Shown: in pieces, positions 51,780 through 64,000 of the stretch | Position numbering within the stretch: position 1 is the first letter of the stretch | How the letters are laid out: the number at the start of each line of letters is the position of its first letter | From: Octopus sinensis | Lineage: Eukaryota | Reading direction: 5' to 3' | NCBI RefSeq assembly: GCF_006345805.1 | Contig: NC_043002.1 | Span: 89,218,001 to 89,282,000, forward strand | Length of the DNA: 64,000 nt | Position numbers and translations under genes: made by a program | The notes under the pieces: generated by a model | Seen by the model: the letters and a program-made list of their open reading frames with translations, nothing else | What the model was told of the DNA's origin: nothing | The model's database searches: none

Positions 51780-53480
51780 TTATGAATTAGAAGCAGTGCT
51801 AGAGTTGCAAACAGTACCAACTGCACATATTCACTATATGAGTATTGCTTGTTCACCAGTATACTGCAGTTTAGCATGATGGGGATGACTCCCTCAAAGC
51901 ACTGTGTGTTAATACACCTGAAAGTCATAGACAGTTGAGACAACTCACCTCTAATCCCATTCAGGAGTGATGGATACCAATATTTCATTTTTGTGGCTTA
52001 TCAACATCACACAACTGAATCGAACCATACAAACAGTATAAAAGCCATTTGCTGATATGCCCCTACAGTACAGGAAACTTGCTATGCAAATATCAGAAGC
52101 CCCCACCATCCTATGGCAAAGCTTTTACAAACTGCTTCTTGAGGCCGTTTTATATGTAGAGCATGCAAAACAACCCTTTTTAGGTCAACCAAACTTTTTC
52201 AAAGGATTTTCTTTGTTCCTAGTGTAAATATATCTCTAATTGGTCAATCAAGGTTCCTGGCCCTACTGTCCTATTTACACTAGAAACAAGGAAACTTGTG
52301 TAGGTTGACTTGTCCAAGGAACATGCAAATTATTTTCATGTCACCACAAATCATCCAGTTGTGATCCTTCAATTTAATCTTGTGTAAGAATGACACCAAG
52401 TTTTCATTTGTTTTCTTCACGGTCACTGAGCATCCAACACTGAAGGAAGCATATTCATTATCATTATGCAGTAGAACAGCTTTACAACTTTTTGAAGAGT
52501 CAATAAAGAAATTCCATTCATCAGAGCTGTAACTTATGCTAAGCTTTCCTATTGGTCTGGATGGTTCCATACAATAAACCATATCATTTTCTACAGTGAA
52601 ATAAGGAACATATTCTTTTTCATGGTTATATAATACTAATAAAATTATACGTTAGGAGCTAAAAGATTCTTTATGTCTGGAATCTAAAAGCTCTATTGAC
52701 TCCTATGAGACCCCTAAGTCATTCACTAGATCATTTTATTTACGCTAGTTTAATAGTTGAGGTTCTTTACCTTCACTGCTATGGAAGTCTTCATCTTCAT
52801 TGTTATATCTGTCTTCTGACTCAAATCAAGTGTATGCCTTCAAGGTTTCCTAGTGGTGATGAGACTGGAATGTCTGGTCCATGGGTAACAGGTCACAATG
52901 CATATGGGAGATTTGCTTAACCCTTTAGCATTCAGACTTCTTTGTGAAATTTATTGCTTATTTAATTCATACTGTTTTGAATTAATCACATTATTTTGCA
53001 ACCTCAAAATTTAAATGGTGTGGCTATATATTTTTAAAATGACATTGTAGGGTAGGTGTGAGAGGTTGGATCCAGACAGTTTTAACATAAAACAGGTGGA
53101 ATATTTGGGCCGGTTATGACGGGATTAAATGCTAAAGGGTTAAACAATATTTCTTCCACTCTTTGAATTGTGTTCCTGTGTCTTACATGAGCAAAAGTAA
53201 TGGTCATCACTGATTTTTAGACTCTCTCCATATTATTGGAACCCCCAAAACAAAATGACTTCACTGTACATTTTGTCCAGAGTTTTGGTTCTGCACAAAT
53301 TAAGTAGGCCTTATGAGAAGCTCACTTCTTACCTTGGTCTCCTAATTTCACATCAACATAGACATAGTAAGAACTTCTGACAAATTCAGTAATGTTTCCC
53401 TGATGTATTTTAGTCATGAATTTGCCCCAAAATGTAACAAATTTTATCTGGACTTGCTGCACACCTAGAAAACGTCTCCG
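51780..53480 (-). mobile_element. Decayed Chapaev3-like (CMC) DNA transposase
   Basis: N-terminal PDKICYILG...LGDQ; core FFIDSSKSCKAVLLHN...WMICGDMKII...HKFPCF; then FVKALP..GF.YLHSKFP; interrupted by a TTAA MITE. Confidence 0.6.
52921..53139. mobile_element. piggyBac-type MITE copy inserted in the Chapaev3-like remnant
   Basis: TTAA|CCCTTTAGCA...TGCTAAAGGG|TTAA. Confidence 0.85.
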
Positions 53481-53692
53481 TTTCAAATGATGTGGAGGTT
53501 TATAAACAAAGGGGAAGGGGATATTTTTATATTTTTAACTACATGTATTTGATTTACCATCTAAATGTATACATAATATCATTAAAGATGTACTGAAATG
53601 CAACATATGATACAATAAAACAATGTATGTAGCATATATGCACTGGAAAAGCTTGAGGAAATAACTGAAATAAGCAAAAAAAAATGATACAT

Positions 53693-54085
53693 ATAGGCGT
53701 AGGAGTGGCTATGTGGTAAGTAGCTTGCTTACAAACCACATGGTTCCGGGTTCAGTACCACTGCTTGGCACCTTGGGCAAGTGTCTTCTACTGCCTTGGG
53801 CCAACCAAAGCCTTGCAAGTGGATTTGGTGGACGGAAACTGAAAGAAGCCTGTCGTATATATGTATATATATATAAGTATGTGTGTGTATGTATCTGTGT
53901 TTGTTCCCCCAACATCGCTTGACAACCGATGCTGGTGTGTTTATGTTCCCATAACTTAGCGTTTCGGCAAAAGAGATCCGATAGAATAAGTGCTAGACTT
54001 CCAAAGAATAAGTCCTGGGGTCGATTTGCTCGACTAAAGGCGGTGCTCCAGTATGGCCAGTCAAATGACTGAAACAAGTAAAAAA
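53693..54085 (+). mobile_element. tRNA-derived SINE, family B (central TA/TG microsatellite)
   Basis: GGAGTGGCTATGTGGTAAG...GGTTCAGT...GGCACCTTGGGCAAGTG...TGACTGAAACAAGTAAAA; other copies at 3810-4171 (-), 22441-23078 (+, split), 48010-48376 (-) and 61320-61687 (+). Confidence 0.85.
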
Positions 54086-54310
54086 GACATTTTAACTTAT
54101 GCAATGCAACCCTGTAAAGCTTGTCTTTTTCTTCTCCCTGCTTGCACATAACTGAAGCTATTGTGTTGCAGGCACCCCTCTGTGTAGGTGAAGTTGTCTA
54201 AACATTTCCAGATGCTTATTTTACAAAAATACTCTTATTAGTTATATTGTTATAGTCTATTTAAATATGACAATTAATAATATAATAATAATAAAAGACA
54301 ATAGTCAATT

Positions 54311-54715
54311 CGGATCTTTTCGGTTTGAACGGCTGTTTTTAACATAATTTCTAGGTAACTAAAAAAATTTTTAACTTCGTATACTGGTAGAATGTGTTTA
54401 TAAAACATCTTCTCTCTTGGCTTTATTGAGAAAATTCTATAGTTTGTAAGATATTTGTTGTTCTTTTTCTGCAATTTCAACCAATCAAATACGTCTATTG
54501 AGGTAAAGAAACATTCTGTGCCGTATGAATATGTCCCTCATTTAAGAAACAGATTGGGTTTATTTACATTTGTGAAGATAAAAAGATACCCTTCACCCCA
54601 CCCCTAACCCTAAAACAGATTGAAATGCAATACATCGATACTAGGGTCATATTTATGGGTGACAATTTCATATGACACCGCTAGAAAAAACTGCCGTTCA
54701 AACCAAAAAGATCCG
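54311..54715. mobile_element. About 405-bp MITE copy with 6-bp TSD
   Basis: TCAATT|CGGATCTTTTCGGTTTGAACGG...CCGTTCAAACCAAAAAGATCCG|TCAATT. Confidence 0.88.
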
Positions 54716-55499
54716 TCAATTCATGCATAATGGTAAAATACAATGATTGATTTTGTGAAGAAATTGTACATGATGGAATAATTTCTTTGTAATTCTTGAA
54801 ATCAGCAGGTAAAAATTGACCAACTAAAACAGCAAATTGTTGAAATACGCTACAATGAGCTCTTCTTTCATTTGTTGTTCAAATATTTTGGACTTCTTTA
54901 GTCCTTAAAAAAAGGATCTATTCCATCTCAATCACAGATTAAAAAAATTTTTTTAACTAAACAGTTTGAAACTTTGAATACTGGTGGAATTTCTCACATA
55001 GAACATGGTTTATTCTGAACGTTTTTGACAAAATTTCCTATTTTAGAAGTTATTTCGTATTAAAGTTGTCATATTTGGGTAATTTCAACCAATCACTGAC
55101 ATGTATTCAGTTGAAGCAAGCTACTGCCAAAAGAGATAGATACCAGACTTACAAAAAACAAATAATAGTTCATTTGTTTGACTAAAAACCTTTCAAGGTT
55201 GGGCCTCAGCATGGTCACAGTCCAATGACTGAAACAAGTAAAAGGTTTAATACATTATCACTACCATCCATTTTGAACAACCCATTAGATTTAATGCAGT
55301 ATAGTCAAACCATACTTGCATAGGACTTGGTTAATTTGTTATATACAGAAAATTCCAGCTACAGTGAAGTAGTCATGTAGCAGACATGCCTGACTCTAGA
55401 CTCTTAAAACAGATCTTTGGTGAACAAGCAATTGGCTCTCAGTCATATGGTGGATAAAAAAAGATACAAAAATACATTCAAGACAACAGTGAAAAAGTG

Positions 55500-55907
55500 G
55501 GATCACTTCGGTTTGAACGGCAGTTTTTTCTAGCGGTGTAATATGAAATTGTCACCCATAATTATGACCCTAATATCGATCTATTGCATTTCAATCTGGG
55601 TTAGGGATGGAGGGAAGGGTATGTTTTGTTTCTTCACAAATGTAAATAAACCCAATCTGTTTCTTAAACGAGGGACATATTCAAACGGCACAGACTTTTT
55701 TTTACCTCAATGGACGTCATTGATTGGTTGAAATTGCAGAAATTGAAGAAGAAAAAAACAATAAATATATTACAAACTATAGAATTTTCTCAATAAAGCC
55801 AAGAGAAAAGGATGTTTTATAAACACATTCTACCAGTATACGAAGTTTAAATTTTTTTAGTTACCTAGAAATTATGTTAAAAACTGCCGTTCAAACCGAA
55901 AAGATCC
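55500..55907. mobile_element. About 405-bp MITE copy, inverted relative to the 54311 copy
   Basis: Internal sequence is the reverse complement of 54311-54715. Confidence 0.85.
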
Positions 55908-57003
55908 AAAAGGTGTAATTAAGAGTAGTCGTATGGGATCATCTAGCTCAAGATCACTTACAGTGGGGTAGTGCTGTGTACTCTAGTGCACAGTACTCAA
56001 AGTCATATATGACCAGAAAAGAGGGCTGTACAGAAAGCAAGAGTCCCATCGAGTCTGGATTCTGTTACATGCCGCCACTGCAACCGAAGGCTTAAATTGG
56101 GTTAATAAATCATCTCAGGACCCACAAAACGTAAAGCTGATAACCTGGTCGTCTTCAGAGACATGAAGGACAAACATACATATAGAAAAATAGTTATAAA
56201 CAATTTAAACCAATATTAGCATAATTAAAAATAAAACGAAGCAACAAAAATAATTTAAATGAGACAATGGCATGAATTTTGGGCATTCGGTTGAAGGCTT
56301 ATGTACGGAATACCGCGCGTATCTCTTCATTGTGCGCTAATTTATAATGTCGATATCTTTGCATATTCAGCCATATTCTTCGACTGGGAATGGAATTACT
56401 AGTGTAACAAAGAGAAGGGCTATAAATTACATGACTGAAGCTACAGAGAGAGAGAGAGAGAGAGAGAGAGGGACGGGGCTTTGGACAGAGAGGTCAGACA
56501 TGTGGTTTGCTGCTACCGGGATGCAAGTTGGGACTTGATCAATCCTGGTTGGATCAACTGATATGATGTTGAAAGATCTGACACCCCAGAAGCATCTCTG
56601 ATGATGCATCCAACACCATCCATGAAATTGTCTGTGGGAACTCAAAACGTTACAGTTGGAAATATAAAACTGCCAACTATTTTCCCCTAAGGTTATTCCC
56701 CTTATTTAAGGGACATAACTATAATTTTAGTTTTTTTTTAACGGTATTAAGTTAGCTACAACTTATTTTTATTTTTACATTCATACCAAAGTTATAATTC
56801 AAAATTAATTTATTTGAAAATACTATATATATATATATATATATATACCACTAAAATATTAACATATACGTATATTCAGCTTCAATAAAATAAAACATAC
56901 GCACACACAATCACACATGCATATATATATTTATATATATGTATATATATAATACTAACCATGTGTATAGAAGTGTGTTCAGGTATGTCTTCGGTTTAGC
57001 AAT

Positions 57004-57055
57004 CCGGAAGTAGCGTTTTTGTATATTTCCGTTTAGAAGCCACGTGACTACCAAT
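57004..57055 (+). promoter_or_regulatory. PRPF19 proximal promoter: ETS site, E-box, CCAAT
   Basis: CCGGAAGT (57004-57011), CACGTG (57041-57046) and CCAAT clustered within 60 nt of the ATG in a CpG-containing patch; a typical housekeeping arrangement. Confidence 0.55.
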
Positions 57056-57064
57056 ACACTAACA

Positions 57065-57083
57065 ATGGCGCTTTGCTGTGCAC
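57065..57083 (+). CDS. PRPF19: Pre-mRNA-processing factor 19, exon 1
   Basis: ACAATGGCGCTTTGCTGTGCAC|GTAAGT: MALCCA plus 1 nt (19 nt), joining in phase to exon 2 (LSNETPEHP). Confidence 0.85.
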
Positions 57084-58007
57084 GTAAGTTAATTTCTCTA
57101 TTAAATAATTAATTTGTCCTTGCTGCTGTAAATCTATTATTTATAAACCTTCAGATTGTCCATTTAGAGTTCGCAGAACTTATGCACTTCAGCATCGCTT
57201 TTATTATTTCGTAGTTTCGACTGCCTATATGAAACGAGTATTGAGCCGGTTGCCAATATAACGAAAACACAAATGTGTTCTGCGACATGTGGCTTCTGAA
57301 TTTAGCATTCGACTACGTTGGAAAATGTTTGTTTTAAACTCTTTCTCCGGTTCCTTTGCCTTGTGAAGAATAAAAATTCTATCAATAGATTTGGCGGGAC
57401 ACTACTATGAGTATGTGTGTTTGTTTGAGTGAAAAGAAAAATAAATAAATAATAAAAATAACATAACCGGAAAGGAGTTTAGATATATTTGAACGATCGA
57501 ATCGTTCTTTTCATTTCAGTTCGCTCGAGAAGGATGGATCCAATTCTTATGTATTTATAACTTGGTGGGGCAGCTTAGCTCATAAATTAATAGCTTAGCT
57601 GGAACTGTATGGATAACTTGTCATTGGCTTCGTTACATCTTTGTTTCTAGTGTTTTTAAAACATCAAAGAAGCTATTTATCTTTTTGATTTGCAATTATT
57701 GGATAGAAAATATTATCTGCAACTTTTGAGATTTACGATTATAATTTTTTTTTTTTTTCTTACGAAAGTTTGGTATGTAACCAGTTTCGTTCTCAATTTA
57801 AAAAGATTGGATCTGAATTCTGTAATGTTTTCACTTGAAAAGTCCGTTTTTTTGTCAAATTCTCCTTCCCGCTAACAAATACTGTTGGAACCAGTAACAC
57901 CAGAGATGTAAAATATTCTTGTTGCTGACCAGGTAACAAGGATGGTGGATAGCGACGATTAAGTTTAAATGTCCAACTGCAAAATGACAAAGTAGATGGA
58001 TCATCAT

Positions 58008-58390
58008 CATCATCATCGTTTAACGTCCGTTTTCCATGCTAGCATGGGTTGGACGGTTTTGACTGAGGGTTGGCAACCAGATGGCTGCACCAGGCTCCAA
58101 TCTTGATCTGGCAGAGTTTCTACAGCTGGATGCCCTTCCTAACGCCAACCACTCCGAGATTGTAGTGGGTGTTTTTTACGTGCCACCTGCACGGGGGCCA
58201 GTCAGGCGGTACTGGTAATGACCTCGCTCGAATCTTTTTAAACGTGCCACCAACACAGGTGCCAGTGAAGCGAAGTTGGTAACGATCACGCTCGAATGGT
58301 GCCCTTTTACGTGCCACGGGTACGGAAGCCAGTTGGCTGCTCTGGCAATGATCACAACGATCACGCTCGGATGGTGTTCTTGGCACCTTA
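58008..58390 (-). mobile_element. (GAT)n-tailed retroposon copy in PRPF19 intron 1
   Basis: Collinear with 21229-21550. Confidence 0.75.
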
Positions 58391-61004
58391 ATGGATGTTG
58401 TTTGTAAACAAATCTCTTTTACCCTTCTGTTCTAAATGGTTTACATCAGTTCCCAAACTGACAAATATCAGTTCTCACACCAAATAGTTGTGAACCCTTC
58501 TTTTATTAATCAGATAACAAAATAGAGCTTGCAACCATATCATTCTTCTTTTCCCACCATTTCTATCAAGTATGGCAATTCCTCTGATCCCATTTCAATT
58601 CTCATTGCTCCACCTCCACGAGAAACGATGACTTCAGCCACCCTGCTAAATACTATATTTTGAAGTTTTATCAGATGTTCACCAGTAAACTGTACTAGGG
58701 AGTGTTTGATCACTATAACACTAAATTTTGAAACGTGATTTACCACTAGAACACTGCAAGTCACCTTACCACTCAGCTCTGTCAGTTCCATGCTAAGTAT
58801 CTATAATAATGCATATGCTTCGTTCTAATCCATCAAAGACAATTGAGTGAAACCATTCTCTTGGGCATACCACGCTACATCTTACAACCAAAGCTCATAA
58901 TCCCAAATCTGCAGCAGTTCAGACAAAGAGCATGGTATATAATGCTTGGTGGGGGAAAAGTCATCCACCACTACACACTGCATAGCTTTGTATGAGCCCA
59001 TAAACAAAACACAAAGGTTACTGCCATGCATCTCATGACTCACACACTCTCACACCCACCAAACTGCTGCCAGGAACTCTACCAATTTTGCAAAGTCCTT
59101 TTCTTCTACATAACTGTATTTCTTAAGACAATTTCTCTGAGGTTGTCAAGTGTCAACCTATTACATTTGTTTCAAAGTTTATAGAAACAGTTATAAATAA
59201 CGGCCTCAAGTATCTATTATCATCATCATCGTCGTTTAACGTCTGCTTTCCATGCTAGCATGGGTTGGACGGTTTGACTGTGGGCTGGCGAACCAGATGG
59301 CTGCACCAAGCTCCAGTCTTGATCTGACAGAGTTTCTACAGCTGGATGCCCTTCCTAACGCCAACCACTCTGAGAGTGTAGTGGGTGCTTATCTCCCAAC
59401 ACAGTTCCAAAAGGCCAAATCAACTGGTCCCTATTAAGAATAACTATGTAAAAATTTGGCCCAAATCTCATTGTATGCAGATGTCATTTGTTCCAGATTT
59501 CATTGTGCAAATAATGGATTTTTATATAAGGATTGATCAGCACACAATTTGCTTGCTGAAAGTATAAATGAAGCCAGCTGCTTTGCCTAGGCTCAAAATT
59601 CTGGTTACTTCTGGCTGACAAGACACAACATGTTCATATGCCAATGAACCAAGCATGTTGAACACACTATCATAAAAGAGAGAAGTTGTTCTCCTGTGAC
59701 ATACACTACAGCAACCAGCATATTTTGCAACTGAACCTGCCTAGACATGTTAAAAATAAATATATGAATAATTATTTTGAGATATATATCATGTCCACTT
59801 TTCTCTGTGTACTGAAAACTGTCAAACTATTTAAATGGGACTCTAGTGGAGAACAGTAATGCTTACTCTTCAAGAAATTGTCAGAAAAACAATGGACAAC
59901 ATTTTAGGGAAATTACTCCAATTAATCATATGTTCCATAAAAGACTATTTAAACTAGTCATACATAGCCTAAATATTCTACCAGTTTTATGTTCAAACTT
60001 GCCAGATCTAATCTCTCATATCTACTCTACAATGTCATTCTAAAAATATACAATCACATCGTTGAAATCTTGAAGCTATAAGATAATTCATGATTAATTC
60101 AATGTGAATAAATAAGCATTGCATTTGACAGTAAGATGAATGCTAAAGAGTTAATGGGTATTCATATTATTATCCCAAATTTCACTCTGAAGATATTAGT
60201 TGGCCTGAGGCTGTAGTAGAAAATACTTGTCTAAGATGCCAAACATTGTGATTGAACTTGAAACTATGTGATTGCAAAAGGAACTTCTGAACCATTCAGT
60301 CATCTTTGGTTGAATAGAATTATTTGCTTCTCAGCAACTGATTCTCACCATAATTCCATCCACACTCCCTTTGTTATATTTGACCAATTCAGTTTGACTC
60401 AATTTTTATTCTGACTTAGCTGTTCCATTCTTCAGAAAAGTTTGTGCAGTCAAGTATTCAGAACGTTCATTGTTTTATCTTTTTGTTTTCTTGCTTTTTG
60501 ACTGAAAATATTCATGATTTGTCCATGTTTTAATGACATGGGTTGCAGACACACTTTTGTTACACAACTCTATATTGATTTATACAGCAAACTGTTTTTC
60601 ATTTCAAAGAATGATTTAAAACAATGATTGTGTTTGATTATTTTCTTTCAATGATATTCTAATAATTAAATTGAAAAAACAGAAAAACCACAAGGTTTAT
60701 AATCTAAAAGTTTTTGCACTTTGTTGTCAAATCTCAATGACTGATTTTTTTTCTTGAAACAGCACATTTTTGTTGAATTTTTCTTACTATATTTGCATTA
60801 CCCATTAACTGTAAGAATAACAACCCCATTTTTAAATGAATAAAGATAACGTCTACATACTGTATACTACAATTATTATGCTCTTGTTTAATAATAACCT
60901 GTATATTTTATGGAAGTTGTGGGTAAAAAACCTAAAATACTCCAGTTGGCTTGTATTATGGGTATTCGTTTTTAAAATTAAGTTTTATTTTAAAAAAACT
61001 GGTA

Positions 61005-61307
61005 CTCTATCAGTTACGACAAGGGTTCCAGTAGGTTTGATCAATGGAACAGCCTGCTCATGAAATTAACATGCAAGTGGCTGAGCACTCCACAGTCATG
61101 CATACCCTTAACGTAGTTCTCAGGTAGATTCAATGTGACACAGAGTGTGACGAAAGCTTGTTCTTTTCTCTATAGATACAATTCAGTTGACTGGCGTAAT
61201 GTGAAATAAAGTGTCTTGCTGAAGGGCACAGTGCATGGACGGGAATCTAACTCACAAGCTTACAATCATGAGCTGGACACCCTAACCTCTAAGCCACATG
61301 CCCTCAC
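61005..61307 (-). mobile_element. SINE family D copy in PRPF19 intron 1
   Basis: Collinear with 9188-9518. Confidence 0.8.
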
Positions 61308-61319
61308 AAGTTTTATTTA

Positions 61320-61687
61320 TATAGGCACAGGAGTGGCTGTGTGATAAGTAGCTAGCTTACCAACCACATTGTTCCGGGTTCAGTCCCACTGCGTGGTATT
61401 TTGGGCAAATGTCTTCTATTATAGCCTCGGGCCGACCAAAGCCTTGTGAGTGAATTTGGTAGACGGAAACTGAAAGAAGCCCGTTGTATATGTGTGTGGA
61501 TATGTTTGTGTGTCTGTATTTGTCCCCCCCAACATCGCTTGACAACCGATGATGGTGTGTTTACGTCCCTGTAACTTAGCGGTTCGGCAAAAGAGGCCGA
61601 TAGAATAAGTCCTGGGGGTCGATTTTGTTGACTAAAGGCAGTGCTCCAGCATGGCCACAGTCAAATGACTGAAACAAGTAAAAGAGA
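61320..61687 (+). mobile_element. SINE family B copy, about 100 nt upstream of PRPF19 exon 2
   Basis: Collinear with 53693-54085. Confidence 0.85.
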
Positions 61688-61786
61688 GTATAAGTCTGAA
61701 GTGTGAATTTTTTTAACTAGAAATTTTTAGCTCCACATATAATAACATTTGAACAGAAATTTATGAAATGTTTTGCTCTTTTTCAG

Positions 61787-61936
61787 TTAGCAATGAAACC
61801 CCTGAGCATCCTTGCATTTCACCAGTATCAGGTCATATCTTTGAGCGTAGACTTTTGGAAAAGTACATTCAAGAAAATGGAACTGATCCAATGAATGGGG
61901 AAAAGCTGACAACTGATGTTCTTGTTGATATTAAAG
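61787..61936 (+). CDS. PRPF19: PRPF19 exon 2 (U-box)
   Basis: 150 nt, (L)[49 protein letters not shown]; TTTCAG acceptor; atypical GTTCAG donor. Confidence 0.94.
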
Positions 61937-62197
61937 GTTCAGATTCCTGTTTTCTTTTTTTTATATTTCAATCAATTATTATTTGTTCCAATTCATTTTG
62001 AATATCGACAAAAACAGTAAAAGTTTAAGTGTATTTTAAAATGTTATTTTTAACTTCATTCTTATCTTCAAATTAAATATTAATCTTTAGGTATTTGTAT
62101 TTTCGAAATAGTTCATATAAGGGTATCTTCTGATTTATATTACTAATTATATCTTACGGCTTTAGTAAACAGTGTAAAAATGTTCTTTATATTTTAG

Positions 62198-62274
62198 CTT
62201 CACCTCTAATTAAACCTCGACCACCTTCAGCTACAAGTATTCCAGCCATCCTAAAATCTTTGCAAGATGAATGG
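62198..62274 (+). CDS. PRPF19: PRPF19 exon 3
   Basis: 77 nt, (A)[25 protein letters not shown]; TTTTAG acceptor and GTAAAT donor. Confidence 0.94.
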
Positions 62275-62807
62275 GTAAATATCTGATGATTTTGTTTTTT
62301 TGTTTATGCATTCAGTATCTCAATACAATATAATAATGACAAGCAGATACCCTTCTTGATACTAAATTACTTGTTTTTTTAAGCTACCAGACTTTTGTTT
62401 ATTAAGAATATAAACATTGACACCACTAGCTAAAGCAGTGTCAATGTGACACAAAAACACACATGTATATACTTACCTACCTACCTACGCGCACACACAC
62501 ACACCAGGTTTCTGCCTACACTTGCCCAAGGTGCTATGCAATGAGATTGAACTTGAAACCACATAATTGCAAAGTAAAATCTTAGCTATACAGCTATACC
62601 TGCACATGTATTAAATAGTACCTTTACTAATTTAGATTGTTATATAACCAAGATGAATATTTTGGCTGATATTCTTATGCATTTCTCAGCTAGTCCTCTG
62701 ATTTAGTATAGTTTAATTAGTATTTGCACTGTCTGATGATTCATTGTTTTAATATATTTTATTTTATTCAGTGGCTGTTAATATTATCACTTTTATTTTT
62801 CTGTTAG

Positions 62808-62865
62808 GATGCTGTCATGTTACACAGTTTCACTCTACGACAACAATTACAGACAGCTAGACAAG
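62808..62865 (+). CDS. PRPF19: PRPF19 exon 4 (coiled coil)
   Basis: 58 nt, DAVMLHSFTLRQQLQTARQ; TTAG acceptor and GTAAT donor. Confidence 0.93.
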
Positions 62866-63233
62866 GTAATATCTATAGACAACAGTTCTTCTTTCAACAA
62901 TTGCTTATTTTATGACAAATAAGTTGATTAAGTACTCATGAAATGGTACAGAAATTATTAGGAGTTGATATCTCTTTCAATAACTTAAAAATTTATTTAA
63001 ACAATTTTCTGAATTTTACATCAGTATACTGTAATGTTAGCATTGCTGATGGATACATTTAATTGAATTCATTTTATAACAAATTGTGCATTTTTTGCAT
63101 CACTTGATAGGGATTGTATTGGTGGACGATGGCTGATGTTGAGATACAAATTGTAGAGTTTTTTTCATTACATCTTAAATGAAATTTATGTTGCATATGA
63201 AATACTTGAATAATGTTTTTCTTTTTTATACAG

Positions 63234-63317
63234 AATTATCTCATGCTTTGTATCAGCATGATGCTGCCTGTCGTGTAATAGCTCGTCTCACAAAGGAAGT
63301 AACTGCTGCAAGAGAAG
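63234..63317 (+). CDS. PRPF19: PRPF19 exon 5; gene continues beyond the window
   Basis: 84 nt, (E)[27 protein letters not shown]; ACAG acceptor and GTAAAG donor. Confidence 0.94.
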
Positions 63318-64000
63318 GTAAAGTTTCTGTCAGCATCATTTTCCATTCTCTATTCCATACTGGATAAGTCATTAGACTCCATGTTAGATCTTTTTTTAAG
63401 TTAGCACCTTCTTAGATGGATCAGGGACCACATCCCATTCAAACATTACACTTTTGATGTGGTTTCTATCGCCAACAACTTTACAGAATGTACTAGGTGC
63501 ATTTATTAAGAGATCACCACTAGAAGAGCTGTCTAAACTAAAGAATCCTCTCTATCTAATATTGTATCTCTTTGCTAGACAAAGGTCCTTGTTCCTTGCA
63601 TTGTCTCCTGTAGCTCTATAGGTGGGAAGAAAACCACAGCAAGAGGGCAATAGTGAAAACCAGAATGATAAGAACAAAGAAGTAGTGAAGGAGATTGTAA
63701 CTAAAGAGAGAGAGAGAGAGATGATAATTTATTGGTAAAGAGGTTCAATTAGAACATCATGAGCAAAGATCTCAGTCTAAATGTTAAGCATCTCCAATAA
63801 ATGCATGTTTGACCATGCATTTAGTTGCTCAAGTGCCTTGATGGAGGAAAAGAGAAAGAGATTTGATGAGGGTAGGAAAGAGTAATAAATGGATAGTAAT
63901 AAAAGAAGGGTGATGAAAAACTACAGAGAAAGAGGGATGTCATTGTGATAGAATAGGAAGGAATAGTATGGGAAAGAATGTAACACAGTTGTTTGGAAGC

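Noticed and set aside
149-63367. Most remaining 60-140 aa ORFs in the track
   Set aside because: They translate microsatellites, SINEs or AT-rich intron sequence, often from non-ATG starts.

Overview
AT-rich, intron- and repeat-rich animal genomic DNA. The SINE, mariner and MITE content suggests an octopod cephalopod (Octopus sp.); this is inference, with no database search run. Three conserved protein-coding genes could be assembled exon by exon, with GT-AG boundaries and consistent phases. PCMT1 (minus strand) has 5 coding exons from 32805 down to 18290, and its C-terminal exon is unresolved. L3HYPDH (plus strand) is complete, with 5 exons at 38362-50698, 354 aa and a Cys/Thr catalytic pair. 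PRPF19 (plus strand) contributes its first 5 exons at 57065-63317 and continues beyond the window. PCMT1 and L3HYPDH lie head-to-head about 5.5 kb apart. The rest is decayed transposons (mariner, Helitron, Penelope-like, CRE-like, Chapaev3-like, LINE tails), four tRNA-derived SINE families, MITEs, a tRNA-Phe pseudogene and microsatellites. The most unusual items are: a compound insertion at 36372-36832 (SINE 3' stub, an exact 145-bp copy of nearby DNA, a full SINE, then the 3' half of a pre-tRNA-Glu); a mariner derivative with two 5' ends; several long near-perfect hairpins in and around PCMT1; and a candidate 18-nt PCMT1 microexon or alternative C-terminus. No CRISPR array or prokaryote-type system was found.
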